Of a DNA stretch of 64,000 nucleotides, positions 50,463-59,951 are shown one piece after another. Numbering within the stretch: position 1 is the stretch's first letter; each line of letters begins with the position of its first letter. Source of the stretch: an uncultured Clostridia bacterium (GTDB taxonomy: Bacteria > Bacillota > Clostridia > TANB77 > CAG-508); NCBI GenBank assembly GCA_934130435.1, contig CAKOYB010000001.1, positions 1,664-65,663 of the forward strand, read 5' to 3'. The notes beneath the pieces are model-generated. The model did not search any database. It had not been told where the DNA came from and saw only the letters and a list, made by a program, of their open reading frames with translations. The position numbers and the translations under genes are program-made.

Positions 50463-51346
50463 ATTCTATTTAATATTTCTATTGCTATTTTTTTTGTTTT
50501 ATTTTCCACATCATTTACAGGATTAAATTCTACAAAATCAATTGATTTAATTTGTTTTTTATTATCTATCATGTAATCAACAAAAGAAAATGCTTCGGTT
50601 AAAGAAATACCATTTTTAGCAGGAGTTGAAACACCAGGAGCAATAGATGGATCGATAACATCAATATCAAAACTAATATGTATGCCATTTGTACCAGCAG
50701 AAGCAATTTCAAAGGCTTTTTTATAAATGACATCAATTCCTTGTTCTTGTATATCAGAGGTTGTGAAAATTGTTACTCCAGCGTCTTTTAAATTTTCTAA
50801 TTCTCCAGGAGAATCTATATCTCTTGCTCCAACTAAAACAGCATTTTTAGGATTAAAAAAATTACCATTATGATAATCTGCTAAAAATTTTTTTTCGTAA
50901 TTACATATAGCAGCAAAAGGCAATCCATGAATATTTCCAGAAGGAGTAGTTTCAAAAGTATTAAAATCACCATGTGCATCAAACCAAATAATCCCAAGAT
51001 TATTATATTTTTTTATAGAAGCTAATGCAGATCCAATAGCAATACTATGATCACCGCCTATAGTGATAGGAAGAATATTATTTTTTAATGTTTTATATGA
51101 TTCTTTATATAGTTTTTTATTTAAATAGTTTATTGATTTTAAATTTTTATATTTATTATTTTTTTCAAAATTTTTAATTGGATAGTGTTTAAAACCTATA
51201 TTTATAATTTTTTTTATTTTTATATTTTTTTTAAGATTGGAAATCAAACTATTAGGACCAAATCTAGATCCATAAACATGTACACCACAATCAGAAGAAG
51301 CTTTTAAAATATTAAATTTCATTTTTTTGTCCTTTCTTTTTTTCAT
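50447..51346 (-). CDS. Arginase/agmatinase/formiminoglutamase-family (ureohydrolase) protein
   Basis: Mn-binding motifs GGDHS, DAHGD, SFDIDVIDP. Confidence 0.75.
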   Translation of the reverse strand: MKKRKDKKMKFNILKASSDCGVHVYGSRFGPNSLISNLKKNIKIKKIINIGFKHYPIKNFEKNNKYKNLKSINYLNKKLYKESYKTLKNNILPITIGGDHSIAIGSALASIKKYNNLGIIWFDAHGDFNTFETTPSGNIHGLPFAAICNYEKKFLADYHNGNFFNPKNAVLVGARDIDSPGELENLKDAGVTIFTTSDIQEQGIDVIYKKAFEIASAGTNGIHISFDIDVIDPSIAPGVSTPAKNGISLTEAFSFVDYMIDNKKQIKSIDFVEFNPVNDVENKTKKIAIEILNRIIKNF

Positions 51347-52632
51347 ATTATATCACTTTAGAGAAGAGAAGTAAACAATTGTAAAAAATAAAAGTATAAA
51401 ATAATATACAATAAAAAAACATATAAATAATTATTAACAAAAAAATTAATAAAAAATTATAAATAAAAAATTTTTAAAGAAAATAATAAAAAAATAAATA
51501 ATAAAAAAACAAAAAATATTATTAAAAAATAAAAAAATAATTATTTATAATTATAAATATAATTTAAATCATTAATATAAAAGATAAATAAAAATAATTG
51601 AATAAAAAATTATAAATATGCTCCAAAGTATAAGTTTAGACTAAAAGAGAAAAAGAAATATTATGTATACTTAAAAAAAATATAAAAGTACATATTGAAT
51701 ATTATGAATTTAAAGTAACTTTAAAAAATAATATTTTAAAGAAACAGGTGCTGCTAAAAAGACAACAAGCATAAAACAATATAGAATAATTTTTTAATGC
51801 TTATTTATAAGGCGATATGCTTAAAAAAAATGAGAATATCCCTAGAATAGGGGACTACATTGTGGAAAACTTTTTGGAGGATTTAGAAGATAAAAATATA
51901 TGCAGAAGCACAAAGATAAATGAAAAATTATTATAAATAAATGAATTTTTATAATGAGAAAAGTCGAAAAAACGTTGAAAATAGATAAAAACAAAAAAAT
52001 ATGAAGATTTAAAAAGATATATATATTATTTAGAGCAAAATCTCGTAAAGAAATATAGAATAGATATAATAGAAATAATATGAGTTTAAAGTAAAAGATA
52101 ATTTATAATTTAAAATACCCCAAAGCAGCAAAACATTGTAATGCGTAGTAAAATTAAATTAATGTGGAAAACTTTTTTTATTGGTTAAGCTGCATGTGTT
52201 TAAAATTTAAATTAATAATTATAAATTATGTGATATATTATTAAAATATTTTAAAATAGTAGCACACCGACAAAAAGACAAACACAAAAGACCTAAAAAC
52301 TTTTTTAAAGAAGGTCTAATTTGATTTCTTTCGAAATTATATCTAGACACATGTAAACATAAAAGGTTTAAAAAACAAATATGAGAAGAATTATAAAAAT
52401 TATGTTTTACGTTTAAAAAATTATTTTATTATAGTAAGATTATAAAAATTATAAAAAATAATAGACTGTAAAATTAAAAATAAAATGAATATTATATTTA
52501 AAATAAAAAAATAATAAAATATAAATATTTTAAATAAAAAAAATATTTATATTAAAAATAAAAATAAAATAAAAAAATTAAAATTTAAAATTAAAAATTA
52601 ATATAAAATTGATAAAAAATAAATGAGTCATA
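51347..52632. other. 1.3-kb AT-rich gene desert with degenerate ORF fragments and an internal repeated motif
   Basis: No ORF of 60 aa or more on either strand. Short ATG-initiated fragments of 15-40 codons. TGTGGAAAACTTTTT occurs at about 51862 and about 52163. Confidence 0.4.
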
Positions 52633-52658
52633 TAAAATATGGCTCATTTATTTTTTAT
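52620..52658. terminator. Palindromic terminator after the minus-strand activase/dehydratase-like operon
   Basis: AAATGAGTCATAT...ATGGCTCATTT flanked by A/T runs. Confidence 0.5.
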
Positions 52659-52662
52659 ATAA

Positions 52663-54150
52663 TTAAACAGTACTTTTTTCAAAATTAATAGAATTATTAG
52701 TTTGATTAGATGTTAAATTATCTTTAGCGACACTCATCATTAACTTTATTCTATTGGTTTGATTAGATTCACTTGCACCTGGATCATAATCTACTGGAGA
52801 GATATTGGCATCGGGATACTGCTCTCTAATTGATTTAATAACTCCCTTTCCTACAACATGATTTGGTAAACAAGCAAAAGGCTGAACACAAATTATATTA
52901 GGAATATCATTTTCAATATATTCAATCATTTCTGCAGTTAAGAACCAACCTTCACCAGTTTGGTTTCCAATTGATAAAATATCCTTTACTTTATCTTCTA
53001 GATGCCAGATATCGCATACAGGAAGATAATCTTTTTTTGAAGTTGATAATGCAATTTTCATATCTTTTTCAAGAATATCTATTACTTTTATTGCCATTTT
53101 TGAAATATCTGATTTAGTTTTATCTATTTTTAGAAGACTATTAAAAGTTATTTTATGAGTCATCATAAATTTTACAAATCCCATAAAATCTGGTAAAACA
53201 ACTTCGGCACCTTCTTGTTCTAATAAATTAACAACAAAATTATTACCAAATGGGTGGTATTTTATTAATACTTCACCAACAACACCAACCTTAGGTTTTT
53301 TTATAGATGTATCTAATTCTATTTTTTCAAAGTCACTTACTATTTCATATATTGCTTTTTTAAAGTCTTTACTTGATGATTTTTTAATTAGAGATTTTCC
53401 TTTTTCCATCCATTTATTAAATAGTGATTCGGTTTCTCCCTTATTAACTTCATAGACTCTATTTTTGGTTAACATTTTCTGAAGTAAATCACCAAGAATG
53501 ACGCCTTTAATCATTTTTTCTAACATTGGAATTGTTAATTTGAAACCTGGATTTTTTTCCATTCCAACGAGGTTAAAAGATATAACAGGTACACTTGAAA
53601 ATCCCGCATCTTTAAGAGCTTTACGAATAAATCCGATGTAATTTGTTGCACGGCATCCACCACCCGTTTGAGACATCATTATAGCAGTTTTATTTATGTC
53701 ATATTTTCCAGATTGTAAAGCTTCAATAAACTGTCCTGTTGTTAGGATAGAAGGATAACAAGCATCATTATTTACATATTTAAGACCTGTTTCTACAGTG
53801 TGAGGAGTACATTCCCTTAAGTATTCAACATTATAGCCCTCCGATGCAACAGCAGTTGTAATAAACTCAAAATGAATAGGAAGCATTTGTGGCACAAGAA
53901 TTGTATAATCTTTTTTCATTTCCTTTGTAAAAGGTATTCTTGTTAAACCATATTTTACATCATCAGCACATTTACAAATTGATTTGTTTTCAATACGTTT
54001 ATTCATACTAGCTAATAGCGAACGTATACGAATTCTAACAGCTCCTAGATTGTTAACCTCATCTATTTTAATTAATGTATACATTTTTTCAAAACTTGAT
54101 AATATTTCTTCAACTTGATCTGTAGTTACTGCGTCAACACCGACAACCAA
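52663..54150 (-). CDS. 2-hydroxyacyl-CoA dehydratase-family (HgdB/BcrB-like) protein
   Basis: 495 aa. Overlaps the upstream activase-like gene by 17 nt. Conserved Cys-containing dehydratase-like segments. Confidence 0.6.
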   Translation of the reverse strand: MVVGVDAVTTDQVEEILSSFEKMYTLIKIDEVNNLGAVRIRIRSLLASMNKRIENKSICKCADDVKYGLTRIPFTKEMKKDYTILVPQMLPIHFEFITTAVASEGYNVEYLRECTPHTVETGLKYVNNDACYPSILTTGQFIEALQSGKYDINKTAIMMSQTGGGCRATNYIGFIRKALKDAGFSSVPVISFNLVGMEKNPGFKLTIPMLEKMIKGVILGDLLQKMLTKNRVYEVNKGETESLFNKWMEKGKSLIKKSSSKDFKKAIYEIVSDFEKIELDTSIKKPKVGVVGEVLIKYHPFGNNFVVNLLEQEGAEVVLPDFMGFVKFMMTHKITFNSLLKIDKTKSDISKMAIKVIDILEKDMKIALSTSKKDYLPVCDIWHLEDKVKDILSIGNQTGEGWFLTAEMIEYIENDIPNIICVQPFACLPNHVVGKGVIKSIREQYPDANISPVDYDPGASESNQTNRIKLMMSVAKDNLTSNQTNNSINFEKSTV

Positions 54151-56965
54151 AAGAATTCAATTGAACAAGTTCAAGGTTATCTTGATGTCCAACTACTTCA
54201 GCTGCAGCATATAATCTAGAGTGATATACCCATTGATTAACAACACGAAGCCTTTGATTTAGTTTTGCCATATGAGAAATGCTATCTTCAGTTAGGACAC
54301 AAAGACCAAGACTTGTAATTAGTGTATCGATTCCATGATTAATTTCTGGGTCAACGTGATAAGGCCTTCCTGCAAGAACAATACCTTTTAAATTATTTTC
54401 ATTCATGTATTTTAAAGTGTTTTCACCTTTTTTTCGAATATCTTGCTTACATTTCTGATATTCCGCTTCAGCTTTTTGAGCAGCCTCTAATAATTCTTTT
54501 TTAGTAAAGTTGTACTTAGAAAACTCTGGAAGCTCTAAAATTCTTTTAGTTAAGTTTTTTGCATCTAGAGGTAGAAAAGGATTTAAAAATGTAATATCTG
54601 GGTTTTTTAATTCTTCAACATTATTTTTTAACACTTCAGAATAAGAAATTACAATTGGACAATTATATTTATTATCTGCACTTTCAAATTCTTTTCTAGA
54701 ATATGGTATACAAGGATAGAAAATTGTTTTAATACCTTTTTCAAGTAAACTTATAATATGGCCATGAGAAAGTTTTGCTGGATAGCAAACAGATTCAGAT
54801 GGCATTGATTCCATACCTTTTTCATATGTAGCTCGAGTACTCTTTTCTGAAATAATAACTCTAAAACCAAGATTGGTTAAAAACGTAAACCAAAAAGGGT
54901 AATCTTCATACATATTTAAAACTCTTGGAATTCCTATTTCTCCTCTAGGAGCCTTATTGATATCCAGTGGTTTATAATCAAATAATCTTTCATATTTGTA
55001 TTTAATTAAATTTGGAAGATCGTGAACAGAAGAGTCTAAACCAGCACCTTTTTCACATCTATTTCCAGAAATAAACTTCTTTCCATTGCTAAATTTATTA
55101 ATAGTTAATAAGCAGTGATTTTCACATTTATTACATCTAGCATGAGATGTTGTGATTTTTAGATTTTCAAGTTCGTCGTTTTTTAGTATTTTTGAAGTGT
55201 ATTCCATATCAAAATTTGACTCATATTGTTCTTCAGCAAGTAAAGCTACACCATATGCTCCCATAAGACCAGCAATATCTGGACGAATTACATTTTTTCC
55301 AACAATTAATTCAAAGCTTCTTAAAACAGCATCATTGTAAAATGTTCCGCCTTGAACAACAATATTATCTCCAAGAGTTTTTACATCTCTAACTTTCATA
55401 ACTTTTTGAATAGCATTTTTTATTACAGAGTATGATAATCCGGCAGAGATATCTCCTACTTCATATCCTTCTTTTTGTGCTTGTTTTATTTTAGAGTTCA
55501 TAAAAACTGTACATCTAGAACCTAAATCTACTGGGTTTTTAGAAGTGATTGCTTCTTTAACAAAGTCAGATATGGAAATATTTAAACTCTTGGCAAATGT
55601 TTCAATAAATGATCCACAACCAGAAGAACAAGCTTCATTAAGCATGATATTATCAATTACACCATTTTTAATTTTTATATATTTCATATCTTGGCCGCCA
55701 ATGTCAACAATACTTGTTACATCTGGAAGAAATTTTTTAGCAGCTGTATAGTGAGCAATTGTTTCAATTTCATTTAAATCAACATTTAAAGCTGTTTGAA
55801 TTAGTTTCTCTCCATATCCAGTAATACCACTATATCTAATAGTTGCTTTTTCAGGAAGAATAGAATATAAATGCTTTAACATGGAAATAACGCTTTTTAA
55901 AGGATTTCCTTCATTATTTTCATAAAGTGAAAATAACAAGGCTCCATCTCTATCTATTAATACAAGCTTAGTTGTTGTTGAGCCAGCATCAATACCTAAA
56001 AAGCAATCTCCTGAAAAAACATCTAAAGATTTTTTTGGTACAGTATCTTTTTCGTGCCTATTTTTAAATTCTTGATATTCTTCAGAAGATGAGAATAATG
56101 GAGATAGAGGTGCAGAGGTTGTATCTTTTGAATTTCTTAGTGTTTCTATCTTATTTTTTAGATCTTCAGAAGATATAGGAGTATAATCTAAAGAATCTAA
56201 AACAGCGCCCTTAGCAACAAGTAAGTGAGCTTCTTCTGGAATTATAATCTCATTATCTTTTAAATTTAATGTTTCTATAAATCTGTTTCTAAGTTCAGAA
56301 AGATAATTTAAAGGACCACCCAAAAAAGCAACTTTTCCTCTAATAGGTCTTCCACAAGCTAAACCGCTAATTGTTTGATTAACTACAGCTTGAAAAATAG
56401 AAGCAGCTAAATCTTCTTTAGCAGCGCCTTCGTTTATAAGTGGTTGAATATCTGTTTTTGCAAATACTCCACATCTAGAAGCTATTGGATATATTGTTTT
56501 GTGCCTTTTTGCAAGTTCGTTTAATCCCGCAGTATCTGTATGCAATAAAGAAGCCATTTGATCTAGAAAGGCTCCTGTTCCACCAGCACAAGTGCCGTTC
56601 ATTCTTTGTTCAATTGATTTGTCAAAATATATAATTTTAGCATCTTCTCCACCTAATTCAATTACAACATCTGTTTCAGGAATATATTTTTCAACAGAAC
56701 GTTTACAAGAAACAACCTCTTGTATAAAAGGTAATTCAAGAAACTGAGAAGCGGACATAGCACCAGATCCAGTAAGAGCAATAGTAAACTTGTAATCACA
56801 ATACTTAGAACATAAAGTTTCCAATACAGAACAAACTGTATTTTTTGTATCAGAGAAATGCCTTTTATAATCTGTATATATAGTTTTTAAATTATCATCC
56901 ATAATAACTATTTTAACTGTTGTAGAACCAACATCTAGTCCCACATGAAGTATTTTTTTATCCAT
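54134..56965 (-). CDS. CoA-substrate-specific enzyme activase-family protein (tandem BadF/BadG/BcrA/BcrD ATPase domains + C-terminal DUF2229-like region)
   Basis: Two ASKHA ATPase domains ([15 protein letters not shown]..., [15 protein letters not shown]...). Start set at ATG 56965 with GGAGG 5 nt upstream; the ORF-track start is a TTG further 5'. Confidence 0.75.
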   Translation of the reverse strand: MDKKILHVGLDVGSTTVKIVIMDDNLKTIYTDYKRHFSDTKNTVCSVLETLCSKYCDYKFTIALTGSGAMSASQFLELPFIQEVVSCKRSVEKYIPETDVVIELGGEDAKIIYFDKSIEQRMNGTCAGGTGAFLDQMASLLHTDTAGLNELAKRHKTIYPIASRCGVFAKTDIQPLINEGAAKEDLAASIFQAVVNQTISGLACGRPIRGKVAFLGGPLNYLSELRNRFIETLNLKDNEIIIPEEAHLLVAKGAVLDSLDYTPISSEDLKNKIETLRNSKDTTSAPLSPLFSSSEEYQEFKNRHEKDTVPKKSLDVFSGDCFLGIDAGSTTTKLVLIDRDGALLFSLYENNEGNPLKSVISMLKHLYSILPEKATIRYSGITGYGEKLIQTALNVDLNEIETIAHYTAAKKFLPDVTSIVDIGGQDMKYIKIKNGVIDNIMLNEACSSGCGSFIETFAKSLNISISDFVKEAITSKNPVDLGSRCTVFMNSKIKQAQKEGYEVGDISAGLSYSVIKNAIQKVMKVRDVKTLGDNIVVQGGTFYNDAVLRSFELIVGKNVIRPDIAGLMGAYGVALLAEEQYESNFDMEYTSKILKNDELENLKITTSHARCNKCENHCLLTINKFSNGKKFISGNRCEKGAGLDSSVHDLPNLIKYKYERLFDYKPLDINKAPRGEIGIPRVLNMYEDYPFWFTFLTNLGFRVIISEKSTRATYEKGMESMPSESVCYPAKLSHGHIISLLEKGIKTIFYPCIPYSRKEFESADNKYNCPIVISYSEVLKNNVEELKNPDITFLNPFLPLDAKNLTKRILELPEFSKYNFTKKELLEAAQKAEAEYQKCKQDIRKKGENTLKYMNENNLKGIVLAGRPYHVDPEINHGIDTLITSLGLCVLTEDSISHMAKLNQRLRVVNQWVYHSRLYAAAEVVGHQDNLELVQLNSFGCRC

Positions 56966-57072
56966 AAAAACCTCCAATTATTATTGAACTTCAAACCTTA
57001 TTGTATATCTTTATGCGAGTTTTGTCAATGTAAAGGACTGGAAGTAAAGTAAAAAGGAAACATTTATAATTG

Positions 57073-57741
57073 TTATTTTATACATATAAAATCTTTAATT
57101 TTATTAAATTTAGTTTCTCCAATTCCAGAAACATTTTTTATATCCTCAATCTTGTTAAATTTAGTATTTTTATTTCTATAATCAATTATCTTTAATGCAG
57201 TAGATGGACCTATTCCGGGTAATGTTTCTAATTGAGTTTGCGTGGCATTGTTAATATTTACTTTCTCAATAGGGGTTGATGCTGAGTCTTCAGTATAATT
57301 GTCAGAGACAATTGCTAATCCATCATCACTAGAAATAGTATCAACTTCGGATGGATCATTCTTATTTGGAATATATATTTTTTGACCATCAGATAAAATA
57401 AAAGCCAAATTAATATTTGAAAGATCGGCAGAGTCAGTTAATCCATCAGCAGATTCAATTGCGTCTTTTATTCTGGAATTTGATGGCAAAGAAAATACTC
57501 CAGGTGAGTTTACTTCACCAGTAATATAAATAACAATAGAAGACTTTTCTGCTGAAGATTCTTCTATAGAATCATTTTTGATAAAAACGTCATTTTCATA
57601 AGATAAAAAATTTTCATTGATAGAATCGGAATATGAAAAACTATTAAAAGTTATAATAAAATAAAATAGAATTATTAAAAACATACCCGAGATGCAACTA
57701 ATAAAAATTATTTTTTGTTTTTTGTCTAAATTACTAAACAT
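57073..57741 (-). CDS. comEA: Competence protein ComEA (SLBB + tandem helix-hairpin-helix DNA-binding domain)
   Basis: N-terminal TM helix, SLBB region, C-terminal HhH motifs (LETLPGIGPSTALKII ... NVSGIGETKFNKI). Confidence 0.8.
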   Translation of the reverse strand: MFSNLDKKQKIIFISCISGMFLIILFYFIITFNSFSYSDSINENFLSYENDVFIKNDSIEESSAEKSSIVIYITGEVNSPGVFSLPSNSRIKDAIESADGLTDSADLSNINLAFILSDGQKIYIPNKNDPSEVDTISSDDGLAIVSDNYTEDSASTPIEKVNINNATQTQLETLPGIGPSTALKIIDYRNKNTKFNKIEDIKNVSGIGETKFNKIKDFICIK

Positions 57742-57837
57742 AAAATCACCTCTAAAAATAAAAAATCAAAAATAATTATTGAGTATTGAAAAATAAACAA
57801 TAATAATATATATTAATAAATAATAGGGAGAAGAATA

Positions 57838-59121
57838 ATGAAGATATTAAAAAAAGAATTAAAAATAATACTAATAACTATTATCGTAATTGAAATTTGT
57901 TTCTTTTTATCTTTGAGTTGTCATGGAGAAAATGAAGAACTCAAAGAATTTGAAGATATAACTGCTCAGAATTTGTACTTAGCTCAAACAGATACAGGAA
58001 AAGTGCTATATCAGAAAAATGCAGAAAATAAAATTTATCCAGCGAGTACAACTAAATTATTAACAGCTATCTTAGTTGCAGAAAATTGTGATTTAAATGA
58101 TAAGGCAACAGTAAGTGAAAGAGCAGTAAGAAGTGTTCCATCAGGATATGTGAATGCAAATTTACAAGTGGAGGAAGAATTAACAGTAGATCAGCTTTTA
58201 CATGTAATGTTAATTTCATCAGCAAATGATGCAGCAAATGTATTAGCAGAACATGTGGCTGGGTCAATTGAAAGCTTTGCAAGTATGATGAATACAAGAG
58301 CAAGTGAACTTGGTTGTACAAACTCTAATTTTACCAATCCAAGTGGATTACATGAGAAAAATCATTATACAACAGCACATGACTTATTTTTAATAGGAAA
58401 AACAGCTATAAAAAATGATAAGATAAGAAATTGCTTATCAATGGCAAGTTATACCTTACCAAACACAGAAAAATATACAGGGGCAGAAAGAAGATTTTCA
58501 ACAACAAATTATTTAATAAAAAAAAGTTTATCAAAGTATTATTATAAGTACTGCATAGGAGCAAAGACAGGATATACAGGTGATGCGAAAAATTGTATTA
58601 TAGCATTTGCACAAAAAGATGGAATAGAATTGACCGCTGTAGTTATGGGAGAAAATGCAAAGGGAAAAAAATTTTTAGATGCAAAAGAAATGTTTGAATA
58701 CATCTATGATAATTATGAAGAAAAGTCAATTATAAAAAAAGGAGAATTGATTGAAAAGATAAAAATTAAAAATGGGACAAACAAAACAAAAAACTTAAAT
58801 GTCATTGCTAAGGATGATATAAAGATTCTTGAAAGAAAGAATGAAAATATTGAAAATAATAATAAAACAATCGAATATACAAAAAGTGTAGCCCCAATTT
58901 CTAAAAATGAAACTATTGGAAAAATTAGATTTGAAAATAGTGGTGTAGAATATAGTACAGATATTATAGCACAAGACTCTGTTGAGGAAAACAAAACAGG
59001 GAAATACATAATATATATATTAATTATTTTATTATTAATATATATATTACAAACTACTAGAAAAAGCAATAAAAATACTAGAAAAAAATGTAAAAAAAGT
59101 AAATATGGTGGAAGATATTAG
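57838..59121 (+). CDS. D-alanyl-D-alanine carboxypeptidase (S11 family, PBP5/DacB-like)
   Basis: Signal peptide. SXXK motif ASTTK, SAND (SSAND), KTG. C-terminal PBP5_C-like domain and a TM anchor. Confidence 0.8.
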   Translation: MKILKKELKIILITIIVIEICFFLSLSCHGENEELKEFEDITAQNLYLAQTDTGKVLYQKNAENKIYPASTTKLLTAILVAENCDLNDKATVSERAVRSVPSGYVNANLQVEEELTVDQLLHVMLISSANDAANVLAEHVAGSIESFASMMNTRASELGCTNSNFTNPSGLHEKNHYTTAHDLFLIGKTAIKNDKIRNCLSMASYTLPNTEKYTGAERRFSTTNYLIKKSLSKYYYKYCIGAKTGYTGDAKNCIIAFAQKDGIELTAVVMGENAKGKKFLDAKEMFEYIYDNYEEKSIIKKGELIEKIKIKNGTNKTKNLNVIAKDDIKILERKNENIENNNKTIEYTKSVAPISKNETIGKIRFENSGVEYSTDIIAQDSVEENKTGKYIIYILIILLLIYILQTTRKSNKNTRKKCKKSKYGGRY

Positions 59122-59212
59122 AAAAACAAGTATATATATTGATATATAAAGAAAGATTGGAAAATATATTAAAGTTAGATAAATATTAAAACAAATCAGT
59201 ATTTCTAATAAC

Positions 59213-59245
59213 AAAAAAAGAAGTAGATTTTAATTTATCTACTTC
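59213..59245 (-). terminator. Terminator for minus-strand tRNA-Arg(ACG); also a stem-loop at the dacB-like 3' end
   Basis: GAAGTAGAT...ATCTACTTC hairpin, followed by T7 on the minus strand. Confidence 0.5.
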
Positions 59246-59246
59246 T

Positions 59247-59323
59247 TGGTGCGCCTGGAGGGATTCGAACCCCCGGTCTTCCGGTTCGTAGCCGAACGCT
59301 TTATCCAGCTAAGCTACAAGCGC
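59247..59323 (-). tRNA. tRNA-Arg (anticodon ACG)
   Basis: Reverse complement GCGCTTGTAGCTTAGCTGGATAAAGC..TTCGG-CTACGAA-CCGGA..GGTTCGAATCC..CCA. Confidence 0.8.
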
Positions 59324-59424
59324 ATATCCATATTATACAGTTATTCTTTTATAAAATCAATATTTTTTTAAAAACATATTGATTTTTTTATACAACTATG
59401 CTATACTATTTTAGTATTAAACAT

Positions 59425-59500
59425 AGAGGTGTAGCGCAGTTGGTAGCGCACGTGGTTTGGGACCATGGGGTCGCAGGTTCGAATCCTGTCACCTCTACCA
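59425..59500 (+). tRNA. tRNA-Pro (anticodon TGG)
   Basis: Anticodon loop TTTGGGA with G37. GGGGTCGCAGGTTCGAATCCTGTC core typical of tRNA-Pro. CCA end. Confidence 0.75.
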
Positions 59501-59643
59501 TTTTTAAACAGTAAATTTGATTTGCTGTTTTTTTGTTTCAGTAGGAAATCCCAATAATTTATAAAATGCAGACACATGTCAGCTTTTTTTATTTTTATTA
59601 TTGACAAATTTAACTTTTCTTTTTATAATAGTTAATGAGTTTT

Positions 59644-59719
59644 GCGTTATTAGCTCAGTTGGTAGAGCAGCGGACTCTTAATCCGAAGGTCCAGGGTTCG
59701 ACCCCCTGATGACGCACCA
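59644..59719 (+). tRNA. tRNA-Lys (anticodon CTT)
   Basis: GCGTTATTAGCTCAGTTGGTAGAGC..CGGA-CTCTTAA-TCCG..GGTTCGACCCC..CCA. Followed by hairpin AATCGAC...GTCGATT + T8. Confidence 0.8.
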
Positions 59720-59951
59720 AGAATAATATCGTTATATTAAACGAGTAAAAAATCGACTGTAATGGTCGATTTTTTTTGTAAAAAAAAACTAATTTAAAAA
59801 ATTAGATTAAATGAAGTATGAAAAAAAAACTAAAAACAGTAAAAGTTATATACTAATTCTTTTAAATAAACAATTGAAAAGATAGATATATTGTGATATT
59901 ATTGTAAAAACAAAAAATATAAAGTTGAATAGATAAAAAGGAGAAGTTAAA

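Noticed and set aside
47201-51346. Cyanophycin-synthetase-like system (ATP-grasp + Mur-ligase + arginase-family)
   Set aside because: The Mur-ligase gene aligns end-to-end with bona fide MurE, including the N-terminal UDP-MurNAc-binding domain, and is a separate polypeptide from the ATP-grasp protein. CphA is a single fused protein, so the cyanophycin idea was dropped in favour of a cell-wall role.
59401-59607. 68-aa minus-strand ORF
   Set aside because: Completely overlaps tRNA-Pro on the opposite strand, so it is an artefact.
59720-59951. T-box leader upstream of leuS
   Set aside because: No T-box consensus (AATTAGGGTGGNACCGCG-like) or specifier/antiterminator architecture was seen. The region is plain AT-rich spacer containing the tRNA-Lys terminator.
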